The translations under genes and the position numbers were made by a program. A stretch of DNA of 64,000 nt from Lytechinus pictus (lineage: Eukaryota): positions 27,034,001 through 27,098,000 of the forward strand of contig NC_087245.1 in the NCBI RefSeq assembly GCF_037042905.1, given 5' to 3'. This document shows positions 13,801-26,359 of the stretch, one piece after another (the stretch's first letter is position 1; each line of letters opens with the position of its first letter). The notes under the pieces are model-generated. The model worked only from the letters and a program-made list of their open reading frames with translations, was not told where the DNA came from and searched no databases.

Positions 13801-14821
13801 GTAGATGGTTTGTTTGATGCCTTTAACAGTCGTTTTTTCAGAGACTAAAAAAAACTGAAGAGGCGGTTGTCACAAAAATCTGCACATCTGAAGTACTTTG
13901 AGAAGTGCCTTCCTGTCCTCGACAATCTGAAGGTGCTAGGATCGAAGAACGTTCTCTTCATCAAAGGATGGCAGTTAGCCATATCATGCCTCAAACAATT
14001 ATGGCAGCACCTTCAATCTGAGTTTGAACTCAAGTTTATGTTTACCTTAAGACTGAACCAGGACATTGTTGAGAACCTCTTTGCCACAATCAGGAGGAGA
14101 GGAGAATGCCGAGACAACCCTTCAGCAAAAGAATCCAGGTGTGCACTGAGGATGGTGATGGTGGCTGAACTTATCAGACCAGCTATTGGTGCCAACTGCT
14201 CGCCAGATTCTGACAATTTTGTCATCACGCTGCAATCTCTAACCAAGAAGAAAGCAACAGCAAACAGACAGACCACATGGACAACTCCATCCACTCAGAA
14301 GAGTACTGTATTCAGTAATGTGCAGATCAAGCTGCCAGAGAAGAACACTCTTGCATACATTGCTGGATACTTGTGTCGCCGCTGCATTACTGGACATGAG
14401 GTACTATCATCCTGTCATGTTTGCAGGGAGTCTCTTATTGCAGAAGAGACACTAGTCAGTGACCCTGCCTTACTGTTCATCATCACAAGGCATATGAAAC
14501 CAACATGTCTGACTTTGGATCCCTCATGGTCCCAACTGACACATTTCTTGATTTCTGTACGCAGTGTGAGGATGTGATCCGTCAGGAATTCTCGGGTGAC
14601 AAAATGGCCAGAAGTAAGATCTTCTTTCTGCTAACACAAGCCTGTACAACCTCCCAGTTTACAGGGATTTGAAGATGTGTTCAGAACGTGTGAAGATGAG
14701 GCTTGTTGCCACATTTGTGAGTATCCGTATGCACTATGCCTTAAAGTTTAGGAACAGGAATTTACACACAATCACACAGAAAAGAAAGGATACAAAAGCA
14801 AAGAAAGTTTTGCACAAATAG
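10836..14821 (+). pseudogene. P-element (THAP9-like) transposase pseudogene with THAP-domain exon
   Basis: THAP exon 10836-11021 (CQKWVQN..RLCADHF..LKWNAIPTIF, one stop). Core in frameshifted ORFs 12812-14577 (FDEMSL, DQGSSN, DPPHLLKNTR, KMRVNKAAQVLSHSVA, LNQDIVENLF). Stop at 14819-14821. Confidence 0.9.
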
Positions 14822-15364
14822 GATCTTGTGTATTTCTTTGCATTTGTTATCTTTGGCCACTTTGACTCCTTTGTAAATTCCTGATGGGAAAGACTTTGTT
14901 GTTATCTTACAGAGATCAAAAAGTCACGGAATGTATAATTCTATGATTTTTATCCAAAATCAGACTTGCCGGAAGAGAACATATGCAGCAAAGCTAATAA
15001 ATTGTGAACTCATGAATCAATTGAAATAGTTCTAACAACTTAACTTAGATTTTACAATTGTTGAAATATACAATAGTATTATACATTGTTGCACAAGTCT
15101 GGTTTAAACATAGAATTTCATACAATTTTTTATGTTGGCCAATGCCAGAATTTTATTCGCATTTAATACTGGTCCATAAATGTATTTCTGTATATATATT
15201 TAAGGCATTGTTTAACATTGTTTTAACTTAAAAAATATGATGCATGACCACTTATACAATCAGTGTTTCTGATAAGGTGTAAAAATGAAACAATAAAAAA
15301 TTAGACTTCAAGAGGATCATTAACTAATTCTAAAAAGTGAAAATACTACAAGTTACCAGAATTA

Positions 15365-15501
15365 ACATACTCATTTTGCCCATAGACTGCAGTGTTATTT
15401 ACTTTTATGATGTTCCTGACCTTAAGACATTATTTAGAGATATTTCACCATTATGTATTGTAAATTTCCTAAAGGAGATCAATCTTTTTATTAGATTTTA
15501 G
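15365..15501 (+). mobile_element. 3' end of ORF2 of an RNase H-containing LINE (I/Nimb-like)
   Basis: FYDVPDLKTLFRDISPLCIVNFLKEINLFIRF* resembles the typical ORF2 terminus. Confidence 0.5.
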
Positions 15502-15509
15502 GTGGGAAA

Positions 15510-15690
15510 CTGTTCGAATCCCAATCACAACAGGTAAACCCTTGGGCAAGGTATTTTATTCCAATTGTCTAGTCTTTCGGAGGAGACTCTAAGCCGTCGG
15601 TCCCGTGTAAAAGAGAGTCACACCATTTGCACGTTAAAAAACCTACTCCTCTTTTCGTAAAGAGTAGGGAAGTTATCCCGGGGAAGTAGT
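15510..15690 (+). mobile_element. tRNA-derived SINE fragment with a Deu/Nin-like core
   Basis: B-box GTTCGAATCC followed by GTCTTTCGGAGGAGACTCTAAGCCGTCGGTCCC..TGCACGTTAAA..AAGAGTAGGG; part of the core is shared with the SINE at 48591. Confidence 0.65.
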
Positions 15691-16119
15691 TAACGTATTA
15701 ATTTATTACTGATAATTACTCATTTATAATCCTGTTCCTTTGTAAAGTTGCATTAGGGTAATTTGTATTGTACAACGCCTACTTAGCTTGTTGTACGCGA
15801 GCAAATGGGAGGCTGAATGTCAAACATTCGTACCGTTGCACAAAAGACGTACCATCCAAAATGTACCGTCCAAAATGTACCGTTGCACGGCTTTAGGAGG
15901 TGACGTCACAATACGATTCAATTCATTGCGCTCAGTAAAAATGCAGGTGCAATACGCGTATAGCCTTCTGGCCGGCTAAATGCGCAATGCTGCCCGAGGT
16001 GTTCGCTTGTGGGATTTTGCTTTTCGCTTTCCATATTTTTGCTCCCTTTTCATAGATTACTGCAGGAAAAACTCTTTGTTTTTACATAATTTCGCTAACT
16101 TCCGAGGCGTTGTACAACA

Positions 16120-16285
16120 CAAATAGCGAATATTCTTATTCGTGCAATGGTGCAAGATTTCGCATTCTGTGAAAGAAAGAAACACTCTATTCAACTCGGC
16201 TAACGCCTCGTTGAATAGAGCATCTTTCTTTCACCTCATGCGAAATCTCGCACCATCGCACTCATGCCTATTCGCTATTTGTATA
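16120..16285. repeat. Imperfect ~165-bp hairpin centred on CTCGGCTAACGCCTCG, resembling Crypton-type element ends
   Basis: Inverted arms TGCAATGGTGCAAGATTT..GAAAGAAAGA..CTCTATTCAAC / GTTGAATAGAG..TCTTTCTTTC..AAATCTCGCACCATCGCA. Confidence 0.55.
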
Positions 16286-16879
16286 CTGTATTATAGTAAC
16301 CTTTCCAGATTAACTGTCCAACACTTATATGACAAGCATGTGTTGATAGTGTCGTTAATTTTTTATCAATCAATCAATCAATTGACCTGCAATTGAATTA
16401 TTCTTGTGGGTATGGTGTGCTACATTATGGAGTCCAGAACATAAATTTATACAACATAAGTTCCTTAAACAAAAGGCTGTAACTTTTTAATGGAAGGGAT
16501 TTTTATGAAAATGACTTGGCAGGAATGTTTCTTTTTTTCATTGACAAACTTTAGTATGAATATGCGATATATCCGTTACTGAAATGATCGAAGTGACTGG
16601 AGAAAATTTGGAGTCGCATGCTGCGCAACAGAATGATGATGATGATGTTTATTAAGAAAAGGTTACCAACGTATCGGGGTGCATTACAAATTTAGATAAA
16701 ACAAAAGAGTACATTAAATATACAATAGTCACAAAACTCTGTCATTGAAAATTCAGGTAAAGAGTTAAAATATCTTACATTTAATGACTTAAGTGTACCA
16801 GTATAATAGGTATGCTTTGATGGTGTGCTGCAAACATGTTGCGGTGAACTGTTCTTATCCTAGTGAGGAGGCCAGGGGA

Positions 16880-17540
16880 TAAGGATATTTTTGATCAGGA
16901 AGATTATGGTCCATGCCCTTATTGTCTTGGATTCTTTAAGAGGAATGATCTATGGAAACATACAAGGTATCTTTGTCATGGTAAGGATTGTGAAGAGACA
17001 ACAATATCTGCAGGACAGATTAAGCTGTAATCCGATTTACTCCTAGACAAGGGGTCAGGAGCATCAGCATATGTTAAGGAAGTGCTAGCAACAATGAAAG
17101 ATGATGACATTACTATGATTGTGAAAAATGATCCACTAATCATTCAACTAGGTAACCGTGAGGGAAGAAAGTGCACGGGAGTAGAGTCACAAAAGAGGAA
17201 ACACTATGTTAGTCAGGAGATGCGCAGAATAGGGAGGTTGCTACAAAACCTCAGAATGCTTGATCACAATGGGCAATCCACGCTGGATCAGTTTATAAAA
17301 CCCAAAAACTTTGACAGGTTCATAGAGGCTGTGCAAATTACAGCAGGGAGTGGTGAAAGCAAAGAAAGCTCACCATCACTAGCTTTGAGGTTAGGAAATG
17401 CCATATCAAAGGCAGCAATGATAAAGAAATGTATGGCATTGAGGATGTATGATGATAATCCCACATTAAGCAAAGAAAGGGAGCAAGAAGCAAAGAATTT
17501 CATGACTTTGAAGAATACTGAATGGGCAGAGAAGGTATCC
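16880..17540 (+). pseudogene. N-terminal/core-binding part of a tyrosine-recombinase (Crypton-like) transposon protein
   Basis: PCPYCLGFFKRNDLWKH..LATMKDDDITMIVKNDPLIIQLG..YVSQEMRRIGRLL..PKNFD..PSLALRLG..EWAEKVS; one stop; catalytic domain absent. Confidence 0.6.
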
Positions 17541-17690
17541 ATAACCATTAAATTTACAGCAATAGAGGGCTTGGCCAGAAGGCCAGTAGCTCACACCTGT
17601 GGGCCTACACTGGAAGTTCCCTCCACTTACCCAAGCTATCGTGAATTCCGACAAGAATGGGTGCAGTGTTAAGCTCTGGGTATCTTAAAA
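17541..17690 (+). pseudogene. HECT E3-ligase (G2E3-like) C-terminal fragment with catalytic Cys
   Basis: GLARRPVAHTCGPTLEVPSTYPSYREFRQE carries the HECT PxAHTC motif. Confidence 0.7.
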
Positions 17691-18063
17691 TGGACTTTGT
17701 CTGAATGATGCTGTTCTTTTTAGTGTTTTTGATGTATTTGCCTAACCAAGAATCTTAATAATTGCACTTCTTAGGATTTTTAAATATTATATCCATCATA
17801 ACAAAACAGTGATACTAATGATTCAATGTACAGTAGAAGCTTGATAATTACAGCAATATTCTTGTGCCCAGGTATTTTTGTTTGTCAGAAAAGATATTTG
17901 TTAATACCAGTAGAAATAACAGTAAACTGGTCTGAAGGAAACTTATGACAAATATTGAGTGCGATTGGATTGTAGACCAATTTTCAAATTTTATATTGTA
18001 ACTGAATGTCAAATGTTTACATTTCATGGTCATAAAATCTTGGATAAAAATCCCAAACTTATT

Positions 18064-18657
18064 GGCCCGTATTCACAAAAGAAGTTTAAACCCCCCTGGG
18101 GTTTGAACCACCTCTCTGATTCACAAACGATGGTTTCTTTAAACCATGGTTTAAATTTAGACCATGGTTTAAACCATGGGTTTTTTCCTACTGAGCATGT
18201 AGATCAGATGCTGTCTGCTACATCCAAAATGGAGGAGGCTAGGTGTGTTGTAGCTGGAAGGGAGAGAGCAAAGGGAAACTGGCAAAACGCCGAAAGAAAC
18301 CTCCTCCTCCAACTAATCACAGAGCGAAGGGAAGTTCTTCTATGTAGGAAGACTGATTATCATAGTAATTTGAAAAAAACAGCTGCATGGGATGAGTTGG
18401 CCAATCAATTCCACTCAAAATACGGTAATAAATGGAGCACGCATCAAATAAAAGACCAGTAGAAGAGGATGAGGCTCAATGCCAAAGAACATTCAAATTT
18501 CATTAAAGAATCCAGAAAGACTGGCGGAGGTCCACCTCCACCTGAGCCCAGTCATTTTAGCATGGTTGTGAAGGAGCTCTGCCCACTGGATTTTGAGCAA
18601 TATAGGAACCCATTCGATGACCCATCCAGAACAACTTGTGTTGTACATGTTGCTTGA
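18064..18657 (+). mobile_element. Harbinger 5' end plus disrupted Myb/SANT ORF (ATG 18229)
   Basis: TIR-like GGCCCGTATTCACAAA and TTTAAACC repeats; GNWQNAERNLLLQLI..KKTAAWDELA..IKDQ*KRM..RKTGGGPPP. Confidence 0.8.
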
Positions 18658-19982
18658 AAATCCTGAGGTATAAACAAATGTACATACTTCAATTTTCAGA
18701 GGAAATGAAGGATTTGGCTCTTCTGATGTTACCTCTGTCATTCGAGGTTACCTCTGTCATTCGAGACAAGAAGTAAAGGGAAAGGTCGATGTTCCTTGAA
18801 ACAATCTCGGGAATGCTTTTTTGATGTGCAATTGGTAAGTACCTTGTGCATTTGCGCCAATTATAAATCAAAATATGAGAATAAATTTCAATTTAAGCAA
18901 AATTTTGTTGATTACTCACGTCTGTCATCCTTTCAAGAGGAGGTTGATTATTATGAAACTGGAATGTCAGGCATGACTGCACTACACAGGAGTATAATGC
19001 AAGTAGGAATATCATTTGAATAAACATATGTATGTCCTGTTCCTGCGTATGTGACAATTGAAATGCTGAAATTTTTGTCTTGCCTGCATAGCATAAGTGA
19101 GAGATAGGCACTGCTTTATTTTCTGATGGCAGCATCGTTGTCAACATAATTGCCTCAAAAATTGAATTTACATTCAATTTTGATGACAATTTCAGCACTC
19201 TGCTCATTGGATGCCTCTCTTTTTATTCATAGCAAATATTTGTTGGGTTGGATTTCCACTTAAAATGTGCATTATTTCTTGATAATATTGTGCTTGCTAA
19301 TTTTTCATTAATTCAATGTTATTATACAATTTCAATGAAAAGAACTGAAAACAGTGATTAGAGCTATCATCAAAGAGGAGTTAGAAAAGATAGTTCCTTC
19401 GATTAAAGAGACAGTGTCAGAGGCAGTGAGAGATGTTCTGAGGATCATGCGCCCAACTATGCCCCAATAACCCCTGCTGTCTCTTCAGGCATCGAAATCC
19501 TCACCATGTTAACATAATTTTCCACATCTTCTCTGCCCAAGTCCTCGCGCCGCCATCAGTGGGAAAATCTGATGCAGCAGACGTAAGTACTTCATTCATT
19601 ATTATGTTTGTGCTGATGTGACCCTATGCTGAATCAACACAAATTGATGGTATACTTTTGTGGTCAAGAATGCAGGAAACTGTGCTTGGTTCCAGTTGGC
19701 CCATGTTGCAGTGGTCTACATGGCTATGTGGTAGACTGGACTGCATGTGGTAAATTATGTGGTACACGCATATCACAGTGTGGTGTATAGTGTGGTGGAC
19801 TATGTCGTGACTGTTACAGTGTAAAGGATTGTGTGGTGAATGCCATAATGAAGTGGACTATGTGGTTGTATGTCAGTGTGGTGTACTGTATGGTGTATGT
19901 CATAGAGTGGTAGACTGTGTGGTGAATGCCATACTGTGGTGGACTATGTGGTGTATGTCAGTGTGGTAGACAGTGTGCCTCT

Positions 19983-20519
19983 GAGCCTGTTCAGACCGGC
20001 AGAGATAGCGCGATCTAGCGCGCGCTAGATCGCGCTATCTCTGCGGTGTGGAAGGTACAACGTCGTTTCGGTCCGCCCAACAGCGAGCCACGGCGAGCCA
20101 AAACGGCGTGCCACTGGAGCACCTCTTGGGGGTGGTCCACGAGAGATAGCGCGGTCTAGCGCGCGCTAGATCGCGCTATCTCTGCCGGTGTGAACCCGAG
20201 CTACGATAGCACGCCGGAAGTCATCTACACGCGGGGAATTTTATACTCATTCTATTTTGGTGCGATCTGAATCTGAATCGGTACAACTCAACACTCCTAA
20301 TTTTATGGAGTAAAACGCGTCGGAACATCGTGAAAATAGAAATATAGTAAGTAATGCGTCATGGCAACAGGACCTCTCAAAAAAGGGGGTGCTACGATAG
20401 ACCGCGCTATCTCACTGCGGTGTGAATCCGGCGAATGCCAATGGGCGGACCGTGGATCGCGCTACGATAGCGCGATCCACGGTCCGCCCACGGTCCCCCC
20501 TTGCGGTGTTAACAGCCTC
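19983..20519. mobile_element. CpG-rich Harbinger-like MITE with internal palindromes
   Basis: Imperfect TIR GAGCCTGTTCAGACCG / CGGTGTTAACAGCCTC. Absent from the duplicated copy at ~21305 (empty site GTGTGCCT|ATGTCATAG). Confidence 0.75.
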
Positions 20520-20656
20520 TATGTCATAGTGTGGTGGACTATGTGGTGACCGCCACAGTGTAAGGGACTATGTGGTGAATGCCATAGTGTGGTGGACTTT
20601 GCGGTGACTGCCACAGTGTTTATGGACTATGTGGTCATAAAAGTGTGGTACACAGT

Positions 20657-21240
20657 GGCCCGTATTCTGATGGTAGGTTTAATTTAACCCTAGTCTGAAG
20701 TTAACCCTGGTTCAACTAAACCTCCTCTAAACCCCACCTCTGGTCTAAGTGTAGTTATTATTATTTTGGTATTCTGATAGCCAGGTTTAACTAAACCTGG
20801 GTTTAAATTCTAACCCTGGATTAAATGCCCCGCCCCTTATTTTTACCATGGAGACGAAATCTCCCTTTAATTGCACATGCTCAGTGGGCACTCTATCTAG
20901 CTATCAACATCACTGTAAAATGGCCACTCCCGGGAGAAATCGAACGGCCAACTGGTCCTGCAAAGAAAAGAACCTCTTGGTTTAACTAATCCAGGACCAG
21001 TTGGACCAAGTAGAAAGTAAGAAGAATGACTATGACTCGTTGACGGCCAAATATCGCTCCTGGATACACATATTAGATCAATTTCATGCCAAATTTGGAA
21101 AAGTAAGAGATCTCAAATGCTTAAAAGACCAATGGAAAAGGATAAAACTCTGGCAAAACAAGAATAGAGTGATCACAAGAAGGAAATCAGAAAGACAGGG
21201 GTAGGCCAGGTACTAGGGCAGGTGTCTCCCCTGACGGAGG
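20657..21240 (+). mobile_element. Harbinger 5' end plus Myb/SANT pseudogene, copy 1 (ATG 20920)
   Basis: GGCCCGTATTCTGA TIR; MATPGRNRTANWSCKEKNLLV*LIQ..LKDQWKRIKL. Confidence 0.8.
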
Positions 21241-21443
21241 GAGAATGCCATAGTGTCATTAGTGTGGTGGACTATGTGGTGTATGTCAGTGTGGTAGACA
21301 GTGTGCCTATGTCATAGTGTGGTGGACTATGTGGTGACTGCCACATGTAAGGGACTATGTGGTGAATACCATAGTGTGGTGGACTATGCGGTGACTGCCA
21401 CAGTGTTTATGGACTATGTGGTCATAAACGTGTGGTACACAGT

Positions 21444-22030
21444 GGCCTGTATTCTGATAGCAGGTTTAATTTAACCCTAGTCTGAAGTTAACATTGGTTT
21501 AAATAAACCTCCTCTAAACCCCACCTCTGGTCTAAGTGTAGTTTAATTATTTTGGTATTCTGATAGCCAGGTTCAACTAAACCTGGGTTTAAATTTTAAC
21601 CCTGGGTTAAATGCCCCGCCCCTTATTTTTACCATGGAGACGTAGTCTGCTTTTAGTGCACATGCTCAGTGGGCACTCTATCTAGCTATCAACATCACTG
21701 TAAAATGGCCACTCCCGGGAAAAATTGAACGGCCAACTGGTCCTGCAAAGAAAAGCTCTTTTGGTTCAACTAATCCAGGACCAGTTGGACCAAGTAGAAA
21801 GTAAGAAGAATGACTATGACTCGTTGACGGCCAAATATCGCTCCTGGATACACATATTAGATCAATTTCAAGCCAGATTCGAAAAAGTGAGAGATCTCAA
21901 ATGCTTAAAAGACCAATGGAAAAGGATAAAACTCTTGGCAAAACAAGAATGGAGTGATCAAAAGAAGGAAATCAGAAAGACAGGGGGAGGCCAGATACTA
22001 GGGCAGGTGTCTCCCCTGACGGAGGGAGAT
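21444..22030 (+). mobile_element. Harbinger 5' end plus Myb/SANT pseudogene, copy 2 (ATG 21705)
   Basis: Tandem duplicate of 20657-21240 with different lesions; ..KEIRKTGGG. Confidence 0.8.
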
Positions 22031-22514
22031 CATCCATTTAATGCTCCCCTCACAGAAAAAAATAATGAAGCAGTGTCTACACTGATGTTCCTCGGAATGG
22101 GATCTGCCATATAAGTAAATTAAATTTGATAAGCGATATCCGATGTTGTTCTTCAATTCTAAGAACTTAATCGTAACACAAATTGGAAGAGCAAACAAAA
22201 AAAATAGTTAAATAAAACCACAAAATAACATAGATTTAGGTCTACAAAAAAACACTTTCATTCAATTGTAATTCGTGTAAGATCCAACGAAGTCTAACCA
22301 TCCGATCGATGTAAATTTTAATATGCCGAAGTCTGAGGGTAACGTAGTCGTATGTCCTGGTACTCGATGCAGACTTAAGTTAGGGTTTAACTCCAAATTA
22401 TTTTTAATTAACTTAGGGCCTAGGCCTAACGTTAGATATAGAGCGAAGTCAGTTTTGGAGGAAGAAGCCCGTATACTAGAATCTAGAATTTCTACTTCTC
22501 CTAGATCTACCATA

Positions 22515-23143
22515 GATATGAAATATGTGCTGACCAAGAAACTCTCTGGGGTTTACCTCAGCGATATTCTCCCTGGTGAAAGTTGTCCTCTGAGGCAACA
22601 GCAGCTACCAGCAGAAGAGCTACAGGAGAAGAAGGCGGTTTTCAACCAGGCTTTGGGCTTACTTCAAGATTATTGGGAAAGACTCAAGTTCGACGGCCAT
22701 CCCATCCACACAAGACACATCACAGCACATGCCACCCATCAACCTTCTCTTCCATCTGTCCAGACTGCACTTTCTTCACTCAGACAAATCCAGTGGCACC
22801 CGCAGATCATGGAATCCTTCTACTTCTCCTCTTCGCACCTGCACCAGATGGATGAAATGCTTCTTGTCTCCAAATGCACCGGCACCACCTGCCTCCACTG
22901 TACCCGTCATCCAATACAGCACCAAGAAGCTTACGAAGCATTCCAGAAGTTCACCACACCAGTACTAGCATCACAAGACACCTACAAGACCTACCTTCAA
23001 ATGAAAGCCACCCAGTAACCTCCTCCTCCAGATGCAAACATGCCAAGTCGTCAGGTGGATGGCATAGGGAAATGCTCCCGGTGCGCTTGTTACCTGCTCT
23101 GTAGCAAGGCTGACAAACTTTGGCACAAAAGACTTTTTCACTG
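22515..23143 (+). pseudogene. C-terminal fragment of an unclassified transposase-like protein with Cys/His zinc motifs
   Basis: LTKKLSGVYL..LPGE..YWERLKFDGHPI..CxxxxCxHC..CSRC..SKADKLWHKRLFH; family not assigned. Confidence 0.4.
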
Positions 23144-23159
23144 AGCTATAGAACAAGTG

Positions 23160-23325
23160 AAATGAAAATCCAACTCGTCTGGAATACTCAACATCTCATC
23201 TCTGGCCAACCAAGTTTCCACTTATACCAAACAAGCTAGCACCTACTAGGGCATCTGTAGTATGCAAACTTTGTCAGATTGAAAGCAGATACTTATGTCA
23301 GCATGCAATGTACCTCTTCACCTCA
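23160..23325 (+). pseudogene. piggyBac transposase C-terminal Cys-rich (zinc-ribbon) fragment
   Basis: NPTRL..HLWPTKFPLIPNKLAPTR..VC..ESRYLC/ACNVPLH. Confidence 0.55.
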
Positions 23326-23754
23326 ACTGAAATTTAACCATGAAGAATAACTGGTATCAAGTTCTTTCCAAATGTGAAGTTTTGGGTGTTTCCTCCTTTC
23401 CTTCGGGGATTACATTCTAGTTGCTTAAAATAATTGTGGTCAAGTTATAAATGGACAACTTTTACTGGATACCAAATCCATATGATGAACTCCGGAGTTA
23501 TGATGAATTTATATTTCCTATAACAATTTTTTAGAATTGAACCATTTCCATCAAATTATGATTGTGTATTTATTTGAATTACTGCATAATTACTTGTATA
23601 ATTTTCTTTTCTTTGCAAGACATCAAATTATTGCTTGTCATCTTTTTTTTTTGCTGAATGCTTGCTTACAAGTTCTTTGTGATGATCTTGTTGTGTCACA
23701 TGTTGGACTAATATTTATCTTGAAAAAAACTCTCCCTGATTTTATTAGCTAAAT

Positions 23755-24965
23755 TGGGGGATTCCCAAGAAAGCGTAGATAGGTCCGTAGAAAGGGTGAA
23801 GAAGGACAACATGAGCGTGAGAGCGGCAGCGGAGATGTTCAAGGTGCCTAAGAGAACCATCCATGACAAGGTAGTTTAGCAAACATATGATGATTATCAG
23901 TGCGATAATGACTACTGATGACTATTATGAAAATAATAATTATAAAAGTGATAACACACTATTACAGTACTAGCAAAAACTTAATATATAATAATAATAA
24001 TATAAATAACATTGATAATATTGATAATTTTAAGAATAAATGACGATGAAATACATCAAAATATTTGCTGGAAAAATGAAATTATCTGCAAATGAATGAA
24101 AGAGATGGTGGTGCCCCTTCACCTTTTTTTTCCAAGTGACAAAAATAATAAAGAGAAAAGGAAGAAGAAAAGTATACAGAGGCGAGGTCAAGGCCATGTA
24201 ATTAAATATATCCAGAGCAATAATTCAAATCTAAAAAAAATATGACGTCACCAGTTTACCACCCCCCCCCCCCCCTGCTAGGAACATTACGTAACGTTAC
24301 CTTACCAAAGAAAAATTGAAAGCACTATAATATTGTTAAAAAAAGAGAGAGAGAAACAGTACACACACATGCATGTAGGAGTAGGACCTATATGTATTTC
24401 GGTCAAGAGCACAGTCGGAAGGAGTACCTATCTTACGGTAGCTGAAGAAGCAAGACTATCGAAGTGGGCTCTTCACATGTCCAGGATTGGATTTGGGCAA
24501 ACAAGGAGAGAAATCAAGCAGGTTAATAAAAACTCATACCTACTCTTTTTGATCTATACATATTTTTTTTCAGATGGGAGACAAAGCAGGTTAAGAAGTC
24601 ATACTTATATTTTTTTTTTTTATTTACTTAGGAGGGAGATAAAGCAGGTTAAGATTGCATACTTACTCTTTTTGATATTTTTTTTCTTTTATGATTGGAA
24701 GTAGAATCAGTAGATCTTCTAACATTATATATTGCATTTAGATTGAAAATTTTAGGCATGCCTATGTACATGTATATCACTTTTACTTTCGGTTACACCT
24801 TTCACATGTGTAATAATATCTAACGCTTGATTTAAATCCCACTCTTCAGACCCATATCAAATATATTTGAGCTCGCGGTGGGATTGTAGTCTTGTTTGTT
24901 TGTTTCACAATGTTGTACTAGTAAAGAAAATAATCGATGAAGATGGAAGGCCAACCCCCTTTAAG
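23755..24965 (+). pseudogene. 5' three exons of a second pogo-type transposase (HTH_psq + CENP-B HTH), truncated
   Basis: MSVRAAAEMFKVPKRTIHDK|gt; GRSTYLTVAEEARLSKWALHMSRIGFGQTRREIKQ|gt; VKKIIDEDGRPTPFK. Same intron positions as the element at 5397. Confidence 0.8.
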
Positions 24966-25139
24966 TGTCTGATATTAGGCGGTCTTACTCTATATCAATC
25001 CAAATTTTATAGGATAGTTCAAAAGGGATTTTTAAGGCTTATCTGCTACGCATCAAGCAGGTTTCACCCTTTTGTTCACATCAGTTACGCTGTTCAAAAT
25101 CTATCAATTGAGTTCCATAAAGCATTCATGTTTTTTCTA

Positions 25140-26150
25140 CAGAAAAAATGCGCAAAAAGCAAGACATCCAGACAAGTACAGGATCATCATTGACGGAATG
25201 GACCCACATTCTACCAGCATTCCTAAATTTTACAGAATGGCGAAATCAGTTTCATTAGTATGGAGACTTCCATCACATGTCACAGGAACAATGAATGGTC
25301 CATGGGCGGGGACAGCATATTTGTTGACAACAAAGAATATCCTCATGACTCAAACCTTACTGCAAACATTCCTCTTCAAGTTCTCAATAAATATATGTCA
25401 ATTCTCTACCTGATATCTCCAAATGGATAACTGCGGTAGGGCGAACAAAAATCAATGTCTTCTTGCTTTATGTGCTCTTCTTGTGAAACTCAACATGTTC
25501 AAAAGAGTAACAGTCCATAAGGAATAATAGAATCAAAGCAACAATTTGTATCAATTTGGTCATAAAGATAGACATATTGGCTGCTGAAAAAATTGGAATG
25601 TGAAAACAAAAAGTACAGTATAATTTTGTGTGGCCTACATAGTGGAAGACAGGTGGCACTACTATTCCGATGGCAATGTCAACATTACGTATGGACTTGT
25701 ATGGGTGGGAATAGATACTTACACATCAGTTAATCCCAATATATTTGAGATAGAGTGGTATTGTTTGTAGACAGCAATAGTGCCAAATATGATACTATTA
25801 CAACATGAAATACTCCTTTTGTTACATTGTTTAAAGTACTTCTCTTGTTTATGTCTTTACAGATCAAATTGTGCTTCTTAATGAAAGAACACACCCACGA
25901 GGATATTGATCAGCTGTTTAGTAGGATATCAACACATACATCAAACCATATCAATCCAACACTTTCATCTTTTCTACACCATATTCCACTTTCATACAAG
26001 AAGACAAACACAACAGCAGAAAGAATACACATCATATATAATATAAGGGACTGGCTTGAGACACACATAAATAAACCATCACATCATAGCCTACCACATC
26101 AATCTAAAATAACTGGAAAGATGCAGTCCATGATGTCCGGGAGAAGGTGA
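25140..26150 (+). pseudogene. Sola1-like (DUF7869-type) DDD transposase fragment, intron-containing
   Basis: IIIDGMD..YPHDSNLT..YLQMDNCGRANKNQ..| IKLCFLMKEHTHEDIDQLFSRIS. Confidence 0.7.
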
Positions 26151-26359
26151 CAGGCCTTCCGAAATATAACAAATTATGTGGGTATGTGTGCGTATGTTTT
26201 AAACTGTTGAAGTGATGCCATTTTTAATACATAAATGGTTTGTTTGTTTACAAAACTGTGACTTCATCATGGACAACACTCCCATTAAATTTCTACACCA
26301 AATTGAATGTTTTCTTTATTTTTAAGACAAAATATTTTACTCCTTTTTGTAGTATGACC

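Larger units (their letters stand above)
19715..21442. repeat. Degenerate ~30-bp satellite (GTGGTGGACTATGTGGTG..ATGCCATAGT) in three blocks: 19715-19980, 20520-20655, 21243-21442
   Basis: Repeated GTGGTGGACTATGTGGTG core. Confidence 0.85.

Noticed and set aside
19715..21442. CRISPR-like array in the ~30-bp repeats
   Set aside because: Degenerate tandem satellite without unique spacers; eukaryotic context; no cas genes.
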